Shown: one piece after another, positions 61,043 through 64,000 of the stretch | Position numbering within the stretch: the stretch's first letter is position 1 | Layout: the number at the start of each line of letters is the position of its first letter | From: Mobula hypostoma | Lineage: Eukaryota | Assembly (NCBI RefSeq): GCF_963921235.1 | Contig: NC_086097.1 | Coordinates: 67,830,001-67,894,000 of the forward strand | Length of the DNA: 64,000 nucleotides | Reading direction: 5' to 3' | Program-made: the position numbers and the translations under genes | Notes under the pieces: model-generated | What the model was told of the DNA's origin: nothing | The model's input: only the letters and a program-made list of their open reading frames with translations | Database searches by the model: none

Positions 61043-64000
61043 GAGGTGGGGCAGGTCTCCCAGCTGAATTTATAGTGAATTGCCTGGTTTACACCACATT
61101 CCATTTGCTCAGCAAACCAAGTACAGCTTATTCACTGAATCCATTTGAAAACAATGAATGAAATTATTTCATCTTCTCCCTATAAAAGTCACTTTTTCCC
61201 CTCCAAAAGGAGTGGGGATTGCATATTTAAAATTTGTTCATTAAAATCAATTGCAAATCATTAATCAGTACTGCCTGTGGAAATTATTACTCAATCAAAT
61301 CCATTCTGGCCTTGAATAATGAGATCACTATGATTAGCTGAGTTTAAAAACAAGACTACTGTAATGTTAGATCGGATGGATTAGTAGAAAATGGTCTGGA
61401 AACCTGATTGTTCAGGTATTTTCCTCAGTGACCATAAACTTGGCATATATCCATGTGCTTAAAATGCATTACAGATGATTCTACCTTTACAATTTTCATT
61501 CCTGGCATGGATATCTAGTTTCTCTCTAACACAATAAGCAACTTGAAGATGTGTAAATGAACAATTCCAATTAGATTTTAATTGCATTGTTCACAAAAAG
61601 GACAGATCAAAATTTGATTCAGAGTGTTTAAGTTTGCAGCAGAAACATATTCTTGTAAAACAAGCACTTCTCAGCCTGAGGGACCTGTGTTTTGTGACAC
61701 TAACATTATGCTACGGAATAGAAATCATTGACAAGCCACAAGCATGCCTACACCATTTGAAATTACACTCAAATCCTTTATTTACAACTGAGTACAGAAT
61801 TTTGGAGAATTATTTGGAAAAAATTGCCATAAAAATCATCAGACATAGTACATCGTAAGTACATTTACTTGATATTTTTCAGCCTTTGCAAGCAGAACTT
61901 ACCATTTGTTAGAGTCACACTGTGAATCTCTAGTTTGCAAAATGGCACACCAATTCTTATCCCTGCCCTCCATCCATAACATGCCTAACACTTTGCTGTG
62001 ATGTCCGTCTACCCCTGTGCTTCCTACTGAAATTTTATAGTGGTTCAGTTTGCTTTCTTCTAGTGGTTAGGGGAGGTCTGATTAAGCTGACTGATGTGAA
62101 ACTCTCTCTATCCATATAACATTGTTGATATTCCCACAGAGCTAAAAGTTGATTTTTCCACCTGATTGCACACCATTTTAACAGATGCCCAATTCAGCTT
62201 TTTTATGAACACACAATAAAAATTAAAGAAAATAGGTTGTATTTTTCATCTTGTCATTTTCCCAGACACATAATAAAAGATTAAAGTGCACATCTGTTTG
62301 CTGGATAAACAATGAGTTCATATTTTTAACAGTACCACTTGCTACTTATGAATAAATATTGCAAAACATGGCTCCTGGATCATGAATCGAACAACACTGC
62401 TTTGCAGCATCTTATTGCAGAAATCCATGCAGCAATTGAGCTTAAATGAACATGATTATGGCAGACCACTGTGCTGGAAAAAAAACACCATTAACTCTAT
62501 TGATATCTGAACAGGAAAAAGTAAATTTAGGTTTCTAGGCTTGCATAAATGTTTCAAGAGGATCAGTGCATTCATATCAATTAGAAAGCCATGAAAATGT
62601 AATTGTTATTTTTATACCTACTCAGTGTATGATGCTTAGAAAATACCTTAATGAATGCCTTAGATGAGGAAACAACAAGAAGAACAACTGGAGGCAGATG
62701 TTTCGATTTAATCACAAATGTCATCTGAAGTTGTGCGTCAAATCATGTCCAAATAAAATAGTATAATTGAAAAGTTCAAGTGGAAGTTAAAAGACTCAAA
62801 AACACGTTTTGATTTAAAAAGCAAAAAAAATGTCACAGTTTACAGAGGCATTGTTAATTATACCAACCAGTACTCTATATTACTTAAGACAATGGATTTC
62901 AACAGAATACCACCTCAAAATTGACCGTGGTGCACAACCAAAAATAGCTACCCAGTCAAGTATTAACAATTAAATAGGAATTCATAAAGTATTTGATCAA
63001 ACAATTGTTAATTTCAAAAGTAATATTCTCAAATACTTCGAAGACAGGGGCTTCAAAGACAACTTTGATACGACAAAAAAGAATTTATGCTGATGTACAT
63101 GCTTATTATGAATCTACTGCCAAATGAATATGAACAATTATAGAATAATAGTTCTACAATCCAATTACACTGTTTCTTGCTCACAGAATTTAGTAGAGTT
63201 TTGCATTGTTCTTTTGTGAATAGAATCTGTAAAGATTTTGTCCAATATTTTGGTGTTATTATTTGGCTTTTTAGTTACTTCCATATGCTACAATGTACTA
63301 AGGCCCCACCTTAAATTATGCAGAAATCATATAAATCCAGAGTAGGAATAATTTATCCATAAATACAGTATACTTAGGTTTAAAGTAGTCCTGATAATTA
63401 TGTATTCATATTAAAGTTCTGTGAAGAACAAAAAAAAATGTTCAAAATGTGCAGCAAGGAGGTCAAGAACTGGGCAAAGCTAGAAAATGGGTCAAAACTG
63501 TAAAGAATAAGGAGCACAAGATCTACTTGAATCCAATAAAGCCCCAAAAGTTGTGTTATTTTTGCCAATTTTGTAACTAACTAGCTTTTAACAGGTCAAG
63601 AAAATTGCACGTACAAAATTGTGCTTATTTATTCATGGGATAGACAGCTATGTTCTGGTTTAATCAGGAAGTAAGCAAAAGTAAGACTTCAGGTCAGGAA
63701 AAGAGTATAATTTTCTTCAGAAGTAAAGAATTCTGGGTCTTTGTAGTGCTATTGGAGTTCAAAACACCTTAGAGGTAATTTAAGCAAAATGGCGTCAGTG
63801 AACTATAATGATGTTCTGGGGGCTACATATAATACTTCCAAGTCTACTTCTTTTGAATTACTCTCACTGCAATCTGCAGCATGTAATTTCCTTTGAAGCA
63901 ATGTACTTATAAATAAACTTAATGATCTACAGACTTCCTGATCTTCTGAAGGACTCGGCAGACTAAACAGGTACAACACCTTTAAGTGGACGAAGGTTCA

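Overview
Eukaryotic, AT-rich and dominated by transposable elements. It is probably intronic or intergenic DNA of a cartilaginous fish, inferred from HE1-like V-SINEs, shark-type CR1 LINEs and Penelope repeats. No intact host protein-coding gene is recognisable, and nearly all long ORFs belong to retroelements. Contents: five large CR1 LINEs (one near-full-length with a 168-170 bp monomer promoter array); Rex1/Babar-type LINE fragments; a decayed HERO/R2-group LINE; a Tc1 relic; tRNA-derived SINEs; and an internally deleted Gypsy LTR element with a 5-bp TSD. Two things stand out. (1) About ten Penelope-like-element (PLE) derived insertions, most carrying a minimal hammerhead ribozyme motif (AGTC-CTGANGA-stemII-GAAA-CG-TH-GACT). 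They include TSD-flanked ~220-bp palindromes, a 96-bp ribozyme-only insertion, and an insertion starting at the predicted cleavage site. (2) An intronless RBM25 RRM retrocopy fused directly to a 5'-truncated Rex1-type LINE inside the Gypsy element, suggesting template-switch gene capture. Family assignments come from recognised motifs, not database searches. Boundaries of old elements are approximate.
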